DNA from: Raillietiella orientalis
Taxonomy: Eukaryota
Length of the DNA stretch: 64,000 bases
Direction of reading: 5' to 3'
NCBI GenBank assembly: GCA_036172245.1
Contig: JAYWIR010000040.1
Span: 1,488,001 to 1,552,000 of the forward strand
Shown: in pieces, positions 14,196 through 26,570 of the stretch
Layout: each line of letters opens with the position of its first letter
Numbering within the stretch: the first letter of the stretch is position 1
The notes under the pieces: model-generated
Database searches by the model: none
Told to the model about the DNA's origin: nothing
Seen by the model: the letters and a program-made list of their open reading frames with translations, nothing else
Made by a program: the position numbers and the translations under genes

Positions 14196-17100
14196 CATGG
14201 TCCACAGTCAGGTGAAGGGAAGGGTGTTTTATGTCGATTTGTGCCGGAGCAAACACCATCCACAAAATAGGTCTGCAGCCGTCTGACCAACCTGTAATTA
14301 TCCTGAGGCTCTTTTTAAGAAAACGGATGTGTCGGCAGGCCTATCGAGTGACCAGGACGACGATTTCATCATTCCTGGTCGTTGAGCGCCACGGATGCTT
14401 AGCTAATGGACCGGTCGTCCGGGGCTTCGGTTTCCACGTGTGTGCTGCTGCTCCACACTGCCTTGTTTCCTTCGCCTGTCAGTTTCCGAGTTTGAATGGA
14501 CCGGAGTTGGGAACGAGAGCATCCGTTCGTTCCCAAATCTATGCAGCCACGCGTACGTTGGTTTGTGTTTTTTCGTCTTTTAGTGTGACCACCGGCATGG
14601 AGGGATACGACGCTATCGTTTTCGTCGTTTCGGTTGCCGGCAAAGCGAATTCAAGAAATACGGAAGGAACAAGCGGGGTTGACGTACACACGCGAATGCC
14701 TCTCTCTGGATTTGGGGGTAGGGAAGGGGGGGGGGGGAGATCTTTGCATTCGTTCATTTTGTAAAGAAGTGCAATCGAGCCGGTTACTATGGAAACCGCC
14801 GCAATGATTTCACCGTACCAGTAATTGCAAGCGTGCGATCATGTTTGAATCATATCAGTCGGATGCTGCGTCAAACGTTGCTTCAAAACCGTCATCGAAA
14901 TGATGAATTTCGTGCAGGCAATGAGAGATGATGCGTCCAAGGATGCGTGCGCGTATCCGCAAATCCTTGCTTTTTGTTTATCCTTCAGCGTATCGGCCCA
15001 TCCTTGTATCTGTTTGTTCCGTTGCTTGTCGACGGTTCCCACGATACGCAGTCGCTGACCGACCTCCGGCCCCAATTGTCATTATTCCGTTTTATACATC
15101 CTTTCTCCATCATCAGGTTGTGTGTCTTCTTGCGGACAACTGATGGGTCCGTCTGCTTGACCTGGAGTCAGATCGTCGAAATCGCCACTTAAAATATCCC
15201 CCGACCTGATAATTATCGATCTCGAACTGTACTGGACATAGTAAAGTCTTCGGCTTTATCTGTGACTTCTGCCGCTTGCTCCCCCCCGCCGCCGCCGCCG
15301 CCGTGGATGAAAACAAATGATAATTGCTGATAAGCCTTGTGGACTTGGGCTTCTGTGCCTGTGCCTGTGCCTAAGAGGTTTGATTTAGGTCTTCACTCCA
15401 GGGTGGTGGGGGGGGGGTATCCGTGTGCTTCCTACAATCCGAAGGTCCCTCGATCGGGAAAGTGGTCGCCGAATCCGTTCGTTGGTCCACAAGTTCAGTT
15501 GAGTGCTCAAAACAGCCTGATCTTTAAGGTGAGAGCTCAAAATCAGCGGTGTCGCGCGCCCGGTGTTAGGTGTTCAGCTTAGCCCGTTGTATCTTCCTCT
15601 TATGTCTGAATGACGGTAAAGTTAATGGAAAAAAGTCCAAACGTATAGTCAAAGAACAAAGAGGTACGACGACGAAAGACTTTTTTTTGCGTATGGGTTT
15701 GTATCCCTACCTGGTAGCACATTCTTCCAACCTATTTGTGTTGGTGGCAGCTTTCCAGTGTTCGCAGTTCTCGCTCCAGCACTGTATTCCTACCCCCCTC
15801 CCCTCCCCCCGTACAGACACTGACGAACGAAATCCCCAATGTTCTCATCAGGCGTTCTCGGCGTCCCGGAATCCCATCGATGATTTCGAATCGCAGTCTG
15901 TTTCACACTCTTTGAAGTACTTCCGTGAGGGGAGGGGTCCGCTCTCCGTTGCACGACCCGAGGGGGAACTCCCCACTCCTCGATTCCTGGGGAAGGACTC
16001 CGGCCTTCGTCGGGGCGCCTCCGGCTGAATCCACCGCCGGTGCCGCGCCCGAATGATTAGGCTTCGAAGTACTTGCAGTGGGGGGGGGGGAGGGGATGGT
16101 ACTCTTTGAACGAAATTTCGGGACGCCCCCGAGGGCGTGTTTTGCATCCGTGAGAACTTTCGCTTTCTCAGGTAATCTTCGTTTCCGTACAGATTTCAGT
16201 TCATTTCCTCGAACCCACTTCCAGCGTGTCGCTTCTTGGTTTTTTTTTTTTTTTCTTCTTCTTTTTTCCTTTCCTTTCCTTTTTTTTAATTGCATAACTC
16301 CCGTGGAATTCTTTGTGTTCATCTAACCCATTTCTATTTCCAAGCTGAACGAACATTGTTCATGGCTCTTTAATTTCTTGGATTTCGTGATTGGAGGCAG
16401 AGGATGTGTGTGTGGGTTTCTTTCATGCTATGCTGCGAAGCGTGAAACTTCCTCGTTTTCACGTGTGCTTTTGACATGTGACTCCCCGCACACCGCCAGA
16501 CACACCTCGCTGTCCCGGTGGTGTTTAAAAGAATATCTCCCGTGGTAAGAGGAGTACACGAATTCACCTTCCGTCGCTCATAAGTGCGGCTGTCAGAAGC
16601 AATAATCGTGGTGTCGTGGCTATCGTGGCATAAGGTGGTGGCGACCTTGTGGCTTCACGCATCTCTCGACGTGTTGTGTGTAGCATTCCAGTCTTGAGTG
16701 CAGCATCTTTTGCGAGGTACTGGTCCAGCATTTTCAGTTCCTCTTCACATAATTGTGCTTAATTTTGGAAGTGTTCGTTTTTGTGCGTGCGTGCGTGCAC
16801 GCATCTCTTATATTAATTTAACATTCTTCAAAGCCTCTTACTCGTGATGGCTGCCTGTGAAATTTTTCTATCCCCCCTCCCCCATAAACTCTTCATCAGA
16901 CTTTCGCTGAATAGGTGCTTTCGAGAATTCAGTGTTAGAGAACTATTTTCTTCAAAAAAGGAATCGTGACTTCATTATCTGAATGCAAACTAGTTTGATT
17001 TGTATTTTCAAGTACCTCATGGGGATTGTGTGTGTTTTTCTTCTTCTTCTTCTTCTTCAAAAAGAAAAAGAACGTGTACCGTGCTCATGTGACGTCGAAT

Positions 17101-20100
17101 GTTTTTTTCTTCTTTTCCCCCCTCCTCCTTTATTGTACGTTTCGCCAAACCGTCGGCTTCGTACGATTTGTAGGCGCGTTGTCGGTTTGTAAAAGGGAAC
17201 GTATCTCTTGACTGAGGATGGTACTTGGATGGTGTTTAGGGCTGAAAAGAGCGTTGCCTGGTCCTTAATGTCACAACCGGGCATTGGCGTTCTTCCAGTC
17301 GTCAGCGGAAGGAAATGAAATAATCGGAAGATTCATCTCTCTTTGGCAAATGAAAATGAGACGATGTAGATAAGTAAGTGGCCTTGCAGCATCACAGACG
17401 TCTTCTTACTTCTAACCGGCGACTACGGATTTTTTTTCTTTTCCTTTTCCTTTTTTTTTTTTTTTTTAAAGGTTGCTTTTCACAGGTAGTTTAATGAATT
17501 CGATGATTCCTTATAAAGTGGTTGCGGGAAAATGAGTGGTAGGAATCATCGGCGGTTTGAATATTGCGAGGTCCCAATCTATTAAAGTGTTTGCTTTAAG
17601 AAATGCAGGCGAAGTCTGGGAAGCAGCTCTTGGGATGTAAAATGAAAAAAAGGTAGGCAAGAAAGGGAAGAAAGAAAAAAAAAATGGCAGCAGACCGGAT
17701 GGTACGGAAAAAAAAAAATCAGCTCTTTAGCAGCTGTTCCGTGCGCCTTTATTTTCATGGCTAATTCCTGCGAACGGGAGTATGACTCTCGAGAAACACC
17801 TTGAAGGCCCCGTTTCTGAAGCCAAGTGGTGACCTCAGCGCTCCGGTAGCAAAGAGAACGTTCTCTTGTGGAAAGGAAGGCGCGGTTTCGAAAACTCGTG
17901 GGTCTTCTTGGGGACGACGACGTGGTGCAGACCGTGTGACCGCACGGGGAAGGCCCCACGGATGTGTCGTGGAAGAGAATTCGTACGCCATTCTGTATCG
18001 CTGTAGTACGCATTTGTGCCGTGTCGAGTGCTCCCATTCACTTCTTTTTTCTTTCTTCTTTCTTCTTCTTCTGCTGCTTCGGTTTTTCAAGGATTGTGTG
18101 TGGAATATCAAAGATTACACCGTAGGTGAGTAATAGAGTCAGCTTCCGATACACCCACGTCTGTAGTGATCTTTATTTTCTTTTGATAAAAGCCATCCAG
18201 CCAAGGGAAATCAGGTGCGAGCTCAGGTGGATTGCAGGTAGGTTTGCCATGGCAACACGTTCTTAGCGAAATTGCCGGTTATTTGTTCTAAACTTCATGT
18301 CTGGGTAGCGAAGATACTCGACTTTAACTGATTAACCCGTGTGCAATTCGGAGCCATAAAGTTCCCTGCATGGCATGCCCTCTCATCCTCACGTATGGAT
18401 GAAAACCCATGTGTGATTTGACACGTGCTGTCGACCGATTGATTTCGGTGTAAAAACGTGGCCTTTTTTTTTTTTTTCTTTTTCTTTTTTTTTTTTCCTT
18501 CGAAAACAAAAGTGGAGCTTGTAAGATCTCGTGCACATATTCAAAGAGCCAAATTATGTGATAGCCCGATCCCCCCGTGAGGTTGTTAGAGGGGAAGAGC
18601 CTGTTCCCAAGCAACCTCCTGCAAAGAGGTCCATGTGTGAAGATGGATGAGAAACAGTGTGTGCTTTTCGAATCGTAAAAAACCATTTTGTGAAGCGCGA
18701 TTGTGGCCGCGATGCACAAATCCTCGTAAACAGGACGTGTGCGTTCCTTCGGGTTCATGTTGGCTGCCGGGGGCACGGGAAGACCCTGTCAAAATCCCGA
18801 AGAGGTTCACTGTGTTGCTCCGTGCCACTTGAGGGAAATCAAATGGTCCTTTCCGTTGGCAGGCGGTGGCTCCTCGGGCCTTACAAGCAAACAGCACGAG
18901 TACTTCGTCGGAACTCGTCCACACTCGATGTTGCCCTTTTGGTGGACGCTAATCGATTCAGACGTTGATTAATCCACGTCGTGTGGTTTCAATTCGTACT
19001 TCCATGCGTTCCTCAGAAGGGCGACTCCTTTTCCGGAAACACGTCACAAGGATGCAAATAAATAAAATGGTGAAACACGCCGAGTGTATTTCGCAGTCCT
19101 TTTCTGAAATCATGCAGGTTTTCGCACATGTCTCGGTTGTGCGTGCCCGCCGGCGGTCTTCTGGTCGCGGCGTGTCCCGGAAGTAAATGCCCGGATATCG
19201 TAATGTACCTGCAACGTATACCAGGGACGCAGTCGTTTTCCAAAGACTCAGAACTTCCGTGTTTCCATTTTCAATTTTTTTTTTTTTTTTTTTTTAAATG
19301 TTGCACCGCATAAAACGAGCTGTCGATTTTTCGATTTTTAGAAAACAAGTTCAATGTTTCTTGTAGCGTCCAAGTAATGAAGCACTGTTGATTATCATTT
19401 CTTATTCTTATTATGTTTTAGGATAAAGGTATTGATGATGAAATATGTAATAGCGTAAGCAAAGTGAGTGAACCTACTCCTGTCGTTGCACATGATCTTA
19501 GTGGTTTGGAACTCTTATCGCATAGCATAGAACACTTGGAACGTGTACCTGAAAGCAGAACAGCCTTAGGTGTTCTTTGTGCCTTAGCCGAAGAACAGTT
19601 GGAAAAGGAGAAACACGATCAAGTGTCTTCAACTAACGTTTTAAATCCTGTGATAGATATTAACCGCAATTACCAAAGCTCAGATGCGAGGTTTGCATGT
19701 GACGTGAAAATCGGCAATTCATGTGAATCGTATCCTCTGTGTGACGCTAAGTCGAATAGTGAACGTGTCGACAGGGATGCTGTCGATGTAGCAAAAGCAA
19801 GTGCTTGCGGCGAGCCGGATCCCCCCCCCAAACCAAGTCCCGAGGAAGCATATCCGGGTTGCCACGGACCACCGAGTGGTAGTGGCGCGGACTGCCCGCA
19901 CTCGAACTCTGTGTGTGGTGGAAATGAGACTTCGCAACAGGAGGAAGAAGAGGAGGAGGAGGAGGAAGACGCCCGTGACGTGCAGCTCCTGTTAAAGGGA
20001 AGCTTCTCTCCGGACGGAGGAGACACCGAGCATGTGAGTAGCTCAGCTTTGCATCATTGTACACAATAACTAACGAGAAAGAAAAAAAAAAAAAAAGAGA

Positions 20101-20255
20101 GGAAAGACTGGATTCTCACCAGTGTTTTATCTGCTCTCTGTCTTTGGCTCAGTTTTGTGGTTGTCGCGCTCCTCCGTACCGAAAACTTTCCTTTTCTGAA
20201 TCAGCGCGTTCTGAGATACGCATCTTCGTTTTGATTCGTGCAGAAAAAATGAAGG

Positions 20256-20290
<35 letters not shown>

Positions 20291-23200
20291 CCCACCGAGG
20301 ATTTCAGTTGAATTGAACACCCCGCATTTGGGCTTTGCCATTCTGCCACTTGAATCGGGACGAATCTTGCTGCTGGACCGTTTCGGGGCGAAACCTCGTT
20401 CTCGGGCTGCAGAGAGCTTTGCAGCAGCAGCAGCAGCACTCCCCTTCCAAGTGGAAGGCCCTCTTCCCCGTTTTCCTTCGAATGTCTTCGGACGTGATTT
20501 TGGAGTGTTGCGGTGTCGTCGTGTACGTTCCTTTCTCAGCTCACCATCGTCAGATCGTACGCGGTCCTTCCTTTTGCCCAGCGCAACGGTTTACCGTTTC
20601 AGGCCCACAGCTTCCCTGTAACGGTAGTGTAGCAAGTCATTAAATTAAGATCGTGTGACAGGACAGAAATTGTCTACTGGCTTTAGCACACGTCATTTTC
20701 GGCTGTAATTGGTTGTTATAGTCATGCAACAGCTAATTTACTGCTCGATTACGGTAGCGATGCACGGAAAATGTGACGCTCGGGCCGTGGTCGTGTAAAA
20801 AGGGGTCTGTCCGCCCTTAAGAAGGGATGTGCCTTGCCAGGCTGGAGGATCCCGGTCTCTTGGGCGCAGTGCGATCTTTGTAACGAAGATTCCTTCCACC
20901 AAAGACCGGATGAAACTCCAAACCGCTTTTCGACGCTGCAAGGGGTGCGTTCTTTGCACCCTTGAGGTCAATAGGGCTAAGCCTGCAAGCCGTTTTCGTC
21001 TTCCGTTTTGTAATTTTTGCGAATTCAGGAATGGAAAGCTCCCTACTCTGGACGTCCCGTACGGGGCGGTCTTTCTGCGTTCGGCTTTTCATTTGCATTA
21101 ATTAGCATTCTTCGACATTCCTGGGGACATTTTTTTTTCTTTCTAACAAAATGTGGTTTTGGAAAGTTTCGTTTCTGTTTTCGCAGGTTTGTAGGATTCA
21201 TAACGGTCAAAACCCTCGCGCGCCTTCATTCAAAAATTGTCAGGGTCACACAATGAGGGTCCACACGTGCTTTTTGTGGGGAGTTCCAAAAGTTCGTCCA
21301 ATCTTTCGGAGAATGGTTTCAAAGTTGCAGTCGGTTCTCATAGCAAAAGATGCAGAAAGGACTCGTTGCGAGCGTGGGTTTTTCCCTACCCCCGTTTCCT
21401 TCCAAAAGACCACTATGAAAGCACGTGACGTTTTGGGGGGGGGGGGACTCCACGGCTTGCTGGCCGCATCACGGAGCAGGTTCGGTGCCACCGTTTCGGG
21501 AGGACAGGGTGTTCTCGTCCCAGTAGAAACCTGGAATCCACTCGCATGCTTTCGGGCTCATTACTGCGCTTTGCTGGTCCGTGGAGATGCTAATTGGGCT
21601 GCGTAGCTGATGCGGAAAGTCTGGCGTATGTGTGGCGCAGGGCCCACGAGTTTCGGGGATGCCGCGTGTTCCCGCCGTCCGACACGGTGTGCGTAGGCAA
21701 AACGTGTGTTGTCCCGGTGAATGAGGACCGTTTCGCGTGACTCCTCGTGGCGAATTCCGCTGGAATCGTATGTTGGCCGCACGAAACCCTCATCCCACGT
21801 CATTGGTGTGCATTGCATATCTCGCGAAAATCCCCCCCGCCCTCCCCCGCCCCACGCAGCGTCCTTTCCCAATCGGAGCAGATCGCACTTTGATGCGTTA
21901 GAGGGAAACTTACCAGTGCCGCTGGCGCAGCGTCTCCAGCACGTGGTCCTCAGCCATAGAAGTCCGGTGTCACCACAACGTGACGTGAGGGTCGATAATT
22001 TGGGGGGGGGGGGATCCTGAAAAGGGGGAGGGAAAAGATGTTGTCATTATTTTTCTTCTTCTTTTACCCAGAAAGGATTCGTGAATTGTATCACTCTTCT
22101 CTCCCCCCCCCCCATCCTTCCACAGTTTGCATTCTCCAAAACGTAAACCGAAGTTCTCCGCTCCACCTTTTGCGACCGCTCGTGATGGTAATTATGACGA
22201 TGGTCTCCTCGGTTTCGCAAGGCATTGCGTTGTGGATGAAAGATTTTTTGTACATTCTCTGTACAGGTCGCGCGAATCTCAGCGAATAGCTGGAAAACAC
22301 AGTCTACGAGTGTGTGGGGGGAGCATCATCTTAGCCAGAATTCTAGCGCCGAGATCATTCGCTTCGCCCGTGTCCAGCGTGGACCGAAGGATCGCTGCTG
22401 CTCGGAGATTAAGCGAGAAAAGACCGAGAGAGCATTCTCTCTTTTTTGCAGCCTCCCCTTCCCCCCCCCCCTCCAAAAAGAAAGAAAAAACTATAGATGT
22501 AAAAAAAATAAGTGTTCAACCATGAGAATTAGGTTAAATAGATTACATAAATTAAGTTTGTCAGTTTGATAAAGCGAAACGCTTCATTCATTAGGCGATG
22601 AACTTTAAAGGGTTTTTTTTTTTTTTTTCCTTTCTTTTACTGCGACAGCAAGTTGTTATATAACTGCTGGAAAATTCGAGTCGTGACGTCATTTCACAAT
22701 CTGATGATGATGATGATTTCCCCCCCCCCCCTTTTCCCGTTTTGTTTTTCGTCAGAACGAATCCGTTTCCAACACTGAACAGCCTGCAGCTTCGTGCTGG
22801 AACAGAGACGGTCCTCCCGCATGCATGAAAGAAAACCCAAACCACTTTGCAAGAGGCTCTGCCGATCCCTGTAAACCAGCCGAGCACCAGCAAAGCCAGA
22901 AGCCACGCATCAAGCCAAAGTTAAAAGCGGAGGTCAAACTGAAGCCAGTGGGTTCACTCGATGATGATGACATGGTCGACGAGGAGGAGGAGGAAGAAGA
23001 GGAGGAGGAGACGAGCTCGTGTTCCTCGCACAAAGAGGACGCCAAATCCCCGGATGAACACAGCAGCGAAAGCAAGAACGGTACAGTGTACCAGCAGGAA
23101 CGGGGAGGGGGGCGAAGAAGAAGGGGGGGAAAAAGCACAAGAATTTGTACTGTTTTTTTTTTTTTTTTTTTTCTCCCTTTCTTTCCAGCCGACGTATGCT

Positions 23201-24645
23201 TTCTGCAGGAGTCCGATCTAACAGACGGACAACGTGTGCTGACGTTGATAGACGGACTGTTCTACGCAGGCCACATATACTCTATCCAAGCGCCCGACGT
23301 GTATGGCATCAACATAGACGGAGAAAGGCACAACAGACCTCACATCTACAGTCGGGAGGAAATCTTGCGCGAGGCAGTAAGAAGGCCCTTCCTTTTGTTT
23401 TGTTTGTTCCAACAAACTGTGATCCCGGAAGTTCCGCGAAGTGAAGATAGCGAGCATGGAGAAGTGCACCGCGGGGACGCGGGTCTGCGCCTACTGGTCG
23501 CAGCAGTATCGCATGCTGTATCCCGGACGACTGATGCCCTGCACTTCCCAGCTACCACCCAATTACCTGACGATTGAATTCGATGATGGCGACACGGGCA
23601 ACATCTTCACCGACCACATCCGCCTGTTGCCTGTCGATTACCCCCCCGTCAGTAAGTGTTTTTGTTCCCATCTACCTTGGCGCCACCCGCCGTTCCTTCT
23701 TTTTTTTGTTTCTTAGTATACGACCCGAATCCTCTAATGAGCCTAACGAGGAAAAGAAGGCGCAGCTCAGGGGCGGCGGATGGAAATGCATCCAAGAAGC
23801 TGCACTCTGAAGCCAGCGAGTCGGATTGCAAGAGCGCCGAAACCCTCAGCTCGAAGCGCCAGAAATCGAGAAGGAAGCGGAACAAGAGCCGACCCAGGAG
23901 CCTGGCGAAGTCCGCCCGCAAGCGCTCGTCCCGGGTGCCTCATCAGAAAAGGGTACGTCCCCCCCCCCCCCCGCTCGGATCCGACGGGCACCCCAAGTGT
24001 GCCCCACCAGCCCAAGGTCCTCCGCGCCAAGTCTCCAGCCCAACCGAAGTGCAAGTCGGCGAGCAGCGTCCCGATCAAGTGGCAGTGGCAGGGGAAGGGC
24101 TACCGGCGAAAGAGTCGGAAGGAGTTCTACAAGGCCATCCAGAGAGGGAACGAGAAGATTCAGGTTGAACAAAGGATGAAAGATTCACCCCCCCAAAAAC
24201 GCGCAGCCTTTTTCTCTCTTTTTTTTTTTTTTCTTTTCTCTTTCCCTTGTGCATATAATAGGTCGGTGACTGCGCAGTGTTTCTTTCTGCCGGGCGCCAG
24301 GATCGACCGTACGTGGGCGAAATACTGTTAATGTGGAAGGCCGCCGGCGGCAGCATGACGGTGAAAGTCAAGTGGTTCTACCACCCTGCGGAAACCAACA
24401 TGGGGAAGAAATTCATCGATTCGATACCGAAAGGTGCCCTTTTCGCGTCCCAGCACACGGACGAGAACGACGTCCAGACCATCTCCCACAAATGCTTGGT
24501 CGTCTCCTACGAGGAGTACATGGCAGCTTCCGGCTCGAGCAGCCGCAGGCGGTCCAAGGCGAGCGTCCTGTATTTCCTGGCGGGATTCTATGATCCGGTG
24601 ACAAACGAGATCACCACGGAACCTGGTGTCGATTATTCGAAGTGA
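4045..24645 (+). CDS. wge: BAH domain and coiled-coil/TNRC18-family chromatin protein (winged eye ortholog), multi-exon gene
   Basis: Exon chain 4045-4270, 6103-6936, 12840-12950, 13001-13099, 13199-13318, 13371-13744, 19422-20033, 22756-23080, 23189-23376, 23432-23651, 23717-23952, 24011-24163, 24262-24645. All junctions are GT-AG and phase-compatible; the total is 3882 nt (1293 aa + stop). Family motifs: GYHISRDPLVGTLYLIP, SGLELLSHSIE..LGVLCALAEEQL, KPKLKAEVK, Tudor-like RVLTLIDGLFYAG and GTRVCAYWSQQYRMLYPG, C-terminal BAH. Confidence 0.85.
6103..6936 (+). CDS. wge: wge-like exon (Ser-rich, low conservation)
   Basis: Long open frame (ORF 6048-6953), acceptor TTACTTCCAG at 6102, donor GTAAGA at 6937; phase 1 matches 12840. 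Confidence 0.7.
8480..9100 (+). mobile_element. Degenerate APE-endonuclease fragment of an L1-clade retrotransposon (intronic)
   Basis: Collinear degraded APE-like motifs across frames: VRALNG, DLNVRTAN, HSRNDLFLI, PCSGCHRV (resembling NVRGLN, NVYAPN, SRID.FL, SDH). Confidence 0.4.
10538..10583. repeat. Compound (TA)n(TG)n microsatellite
   Basis: Direct reading. Confidence 0.95.
12840..13744 (+). CDS. wge: wge-like exon group (12840-12950, 13001-13099, 13199-13318, 13371-13744)
   Basis: Introns of 50, 99 and 52 nt with GTACGT/GTAAGA/GTAAGT donors; encodes GYHISRDPLVGTLYLIP; final donor GTAAGC at 13745, phase 0. Confidence 0.8.
19422..20033 (+). CDS. wge: wge-like exon
   Basis: Acceptor TTTTAG at 19421, donor GTGAGT at 20034; DLSGLELLSHSIEHLE and LGVLCALAEEQLEKE motifs; acidic run. 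Confidence 0.85.
22756..23651 (+). CDS. wge: wge-like exons 22756-23080, 23189-23376, 23432-23651 (tandem Tudor-like domains)
   Basis: KPRIKPKLKAEVK; DGQRVLTLIDGLFYAGHIYSIQAPDVYGINIDGERHNRPHIYSREEILREA; GTRVCAYWSQQYRMLYPG...IEFDDGDTGNIFTDHIRLLPVDYP, typical of BAHCC1/TNRC18. Confidence 0.93.
23717..24645 (+). CDS. wge: wge-like terminal exons 23717-23952, 24011-24163, 24262-24645 (BAH domain)
   Basis: YDPNPL..KRRR; WQWQGKGYRR..KEFYKAIQRGNEKIQ|VGDCAVFLSAGRQDRPYVGEI..W....VKVKWFYHPAET..ALFASQHTDENDVQTISHKCLV..YFLAGFYDP; stop TGA 24643-24645. Confidence 0.95.
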
Positions 24646-25419
24646 GTTCGAGGTCCATTCGGGAGGAAGAGTGCGGGATAGTTTCCTATTCATACCAGTG
24701 TTTTTATTGATGCTTATTTTGCTATGTGGATCACTGTGTAGAAATTATTTTTATAGATTAATTTTGATGATCGGCGGAAACTAATAGATATTTTCAAATA
24801 TCCTGTAATGAGAATTATATTTTCTTTTTTGTGTACATAACTTTGTGTACTTTTCTTTGACGACCCCGTTCCCCCCTTCCCCTCCTTTTGGATAGAAACG
24901 TCTTAAATAATACAATTTGAAACCATTTGTTTGGTAATGATTTGCCGCCTTCAGCAACGGCATACTTTCTGCGTGCTTCTGCAGAGGCTGAAAGCAGAGC
25001 GACCACGAGGTGCCCAGGCAAGGCGCACATACCCACCAATGTGGCCGTTTCTTTAGCCAAAGGGGTTGCACAACAAACGGATTACTGGGCGAAACACCGC
25101 ATCCAAGGTTATGTATTTCCCCCCACCCCCACCCCACGTATGGGGTCGCAAGCGTTTTGATTGCGTTGAAAACGGATTGCGAGAGGAACCATAGCAACAC
25201 AGACGTCATCGGAAATGCCGAAAAAAATGACTGCCCTCGGAATGATGAAAACGCTTCCATCCGTTGCGTGCCAACGGGAGCAGTCCGACGCGGGGAAAAA
25301 AAAAAAAAAAAAAATGTATAAAATTGTGGTGTTCCCCGAGTTCCTGTTGCATAAGCAAGTCGACGTAGCAGATACGTACTTATTCTCATCTCCAGGACGG
25401 AGGTAAGGTTCCTCAAGAG

Positions 25420-26570
25420 CCAGTGGTCTGCACTCGACGTCTTAAGTTTGCGCGTCATCCCATCCAAAGCAGCTGTTTGCTGCTGCTGAAGATTCTCTTA
25501 ACTCCTTACGAGCTTCCCTCGCTGGAAGAATCTGCACGAAATTGGTGCTCTCCGTTCGCATCAGCGCTGCACCCAGCATCCCGGCGATGGTTCAGCTACA
25601 GCGAAGTGGTAGCCTCTCGAATGTTGAGACGACCACGCCTCAGCTACCACCACCGCCCTGTGTGCGGGTGCCAACGTGAGGCATTCGTTCATCTCTGCGG
25701 GGTCTGCTCACTCGGATTGACAAGGCGATCGAGCCGCCTGGAAGATTCGAAAGTGCGTACCCACAGATGTATCCGTTGGACCATTCGATGCGCGTGGCCT
25801 CGGCCGGAGTGCTCCGAAGCAATTTTCAGCTCCTTTTCTTCCGAGGGAATCCTCCGCGGGCCGACACGTGCGCGGAATTCCTCGGTACTTTTGTTCCTCC
25901 CCGGAATTCATGCAGCACCGACATTCCTCCTGAACGTGGGGCAGCGAGGGCCGAAGAGATCGAAACGGGAAGATCCCATCTCCTGGATTCTCGCGGATGG
26001 GGCTTTTATCCCGAACTCCGACTTGCCCTTCCATGCGGCGGCATAGCGGCGGGATCCGCGGCAGCAGGACAACGCCGTCGCCCCTCCTTCGAGAGTGGCT
26101 CGGAAGTTTCCCGTGCTGGCTTACGAGGCTGTTTCCGTTCGCGAGTGGTCGAGTCCGAGTACCGAGCTGTGGTCGTGGATGAAATTCTCCTGCCCTTCGC
26201 TGCTTGCAACCTTCACGCAGAGCTGTTTTGTGTTTCGCTTCCTGTGATCAATCGGGAACCGGCTTCCGCATACATGGGCAGTGCTATTCTCCCTTTATCC
26301 GCCTCGGAGGCCAGTGTCCCGGAAAAAAGGACAATGGTTTTGCAGTGGCCTTTTTTTATCAGGTAGATCTCCTCGCTACCATCCGTCTGGCGCTGCAGGG
26401 AAGGATGCGAGCAGCCTGTGATATGGTGATTTATGATTCGAACGATTGTCTCACGTCCTCCGGCGGCGATGGAGCTGAGGCAGGTGTTTTGTGCACGTAG
26501 ATGGACCTTTTCATAAGTAAAGCGAGTGGGGAGGGAGTCCCCCTCCAAGTCATCCATCCCGTATCGAGAG
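25420..26570 (+). mobile_element. Degenerate L1/Tx1-like ORF2 5' portion (APE end to RT domain 2), copy A
   Basis: PLDHSMRV..RSNFQLL (SDH / W+LN..LL-like), CPGKKDNGFAVAFFYQ (KxPGxDG..EFY-like), PLQVIHP (RT domain 2-like), in collinear order with frameshifts. Confidence 0.45.

Noticed and set aside
22522..22569. MRIRLNRLHK as the family coiled-coil exon of wge
   Set aside because: Poor match, immediate stop and no compatible splice sites.
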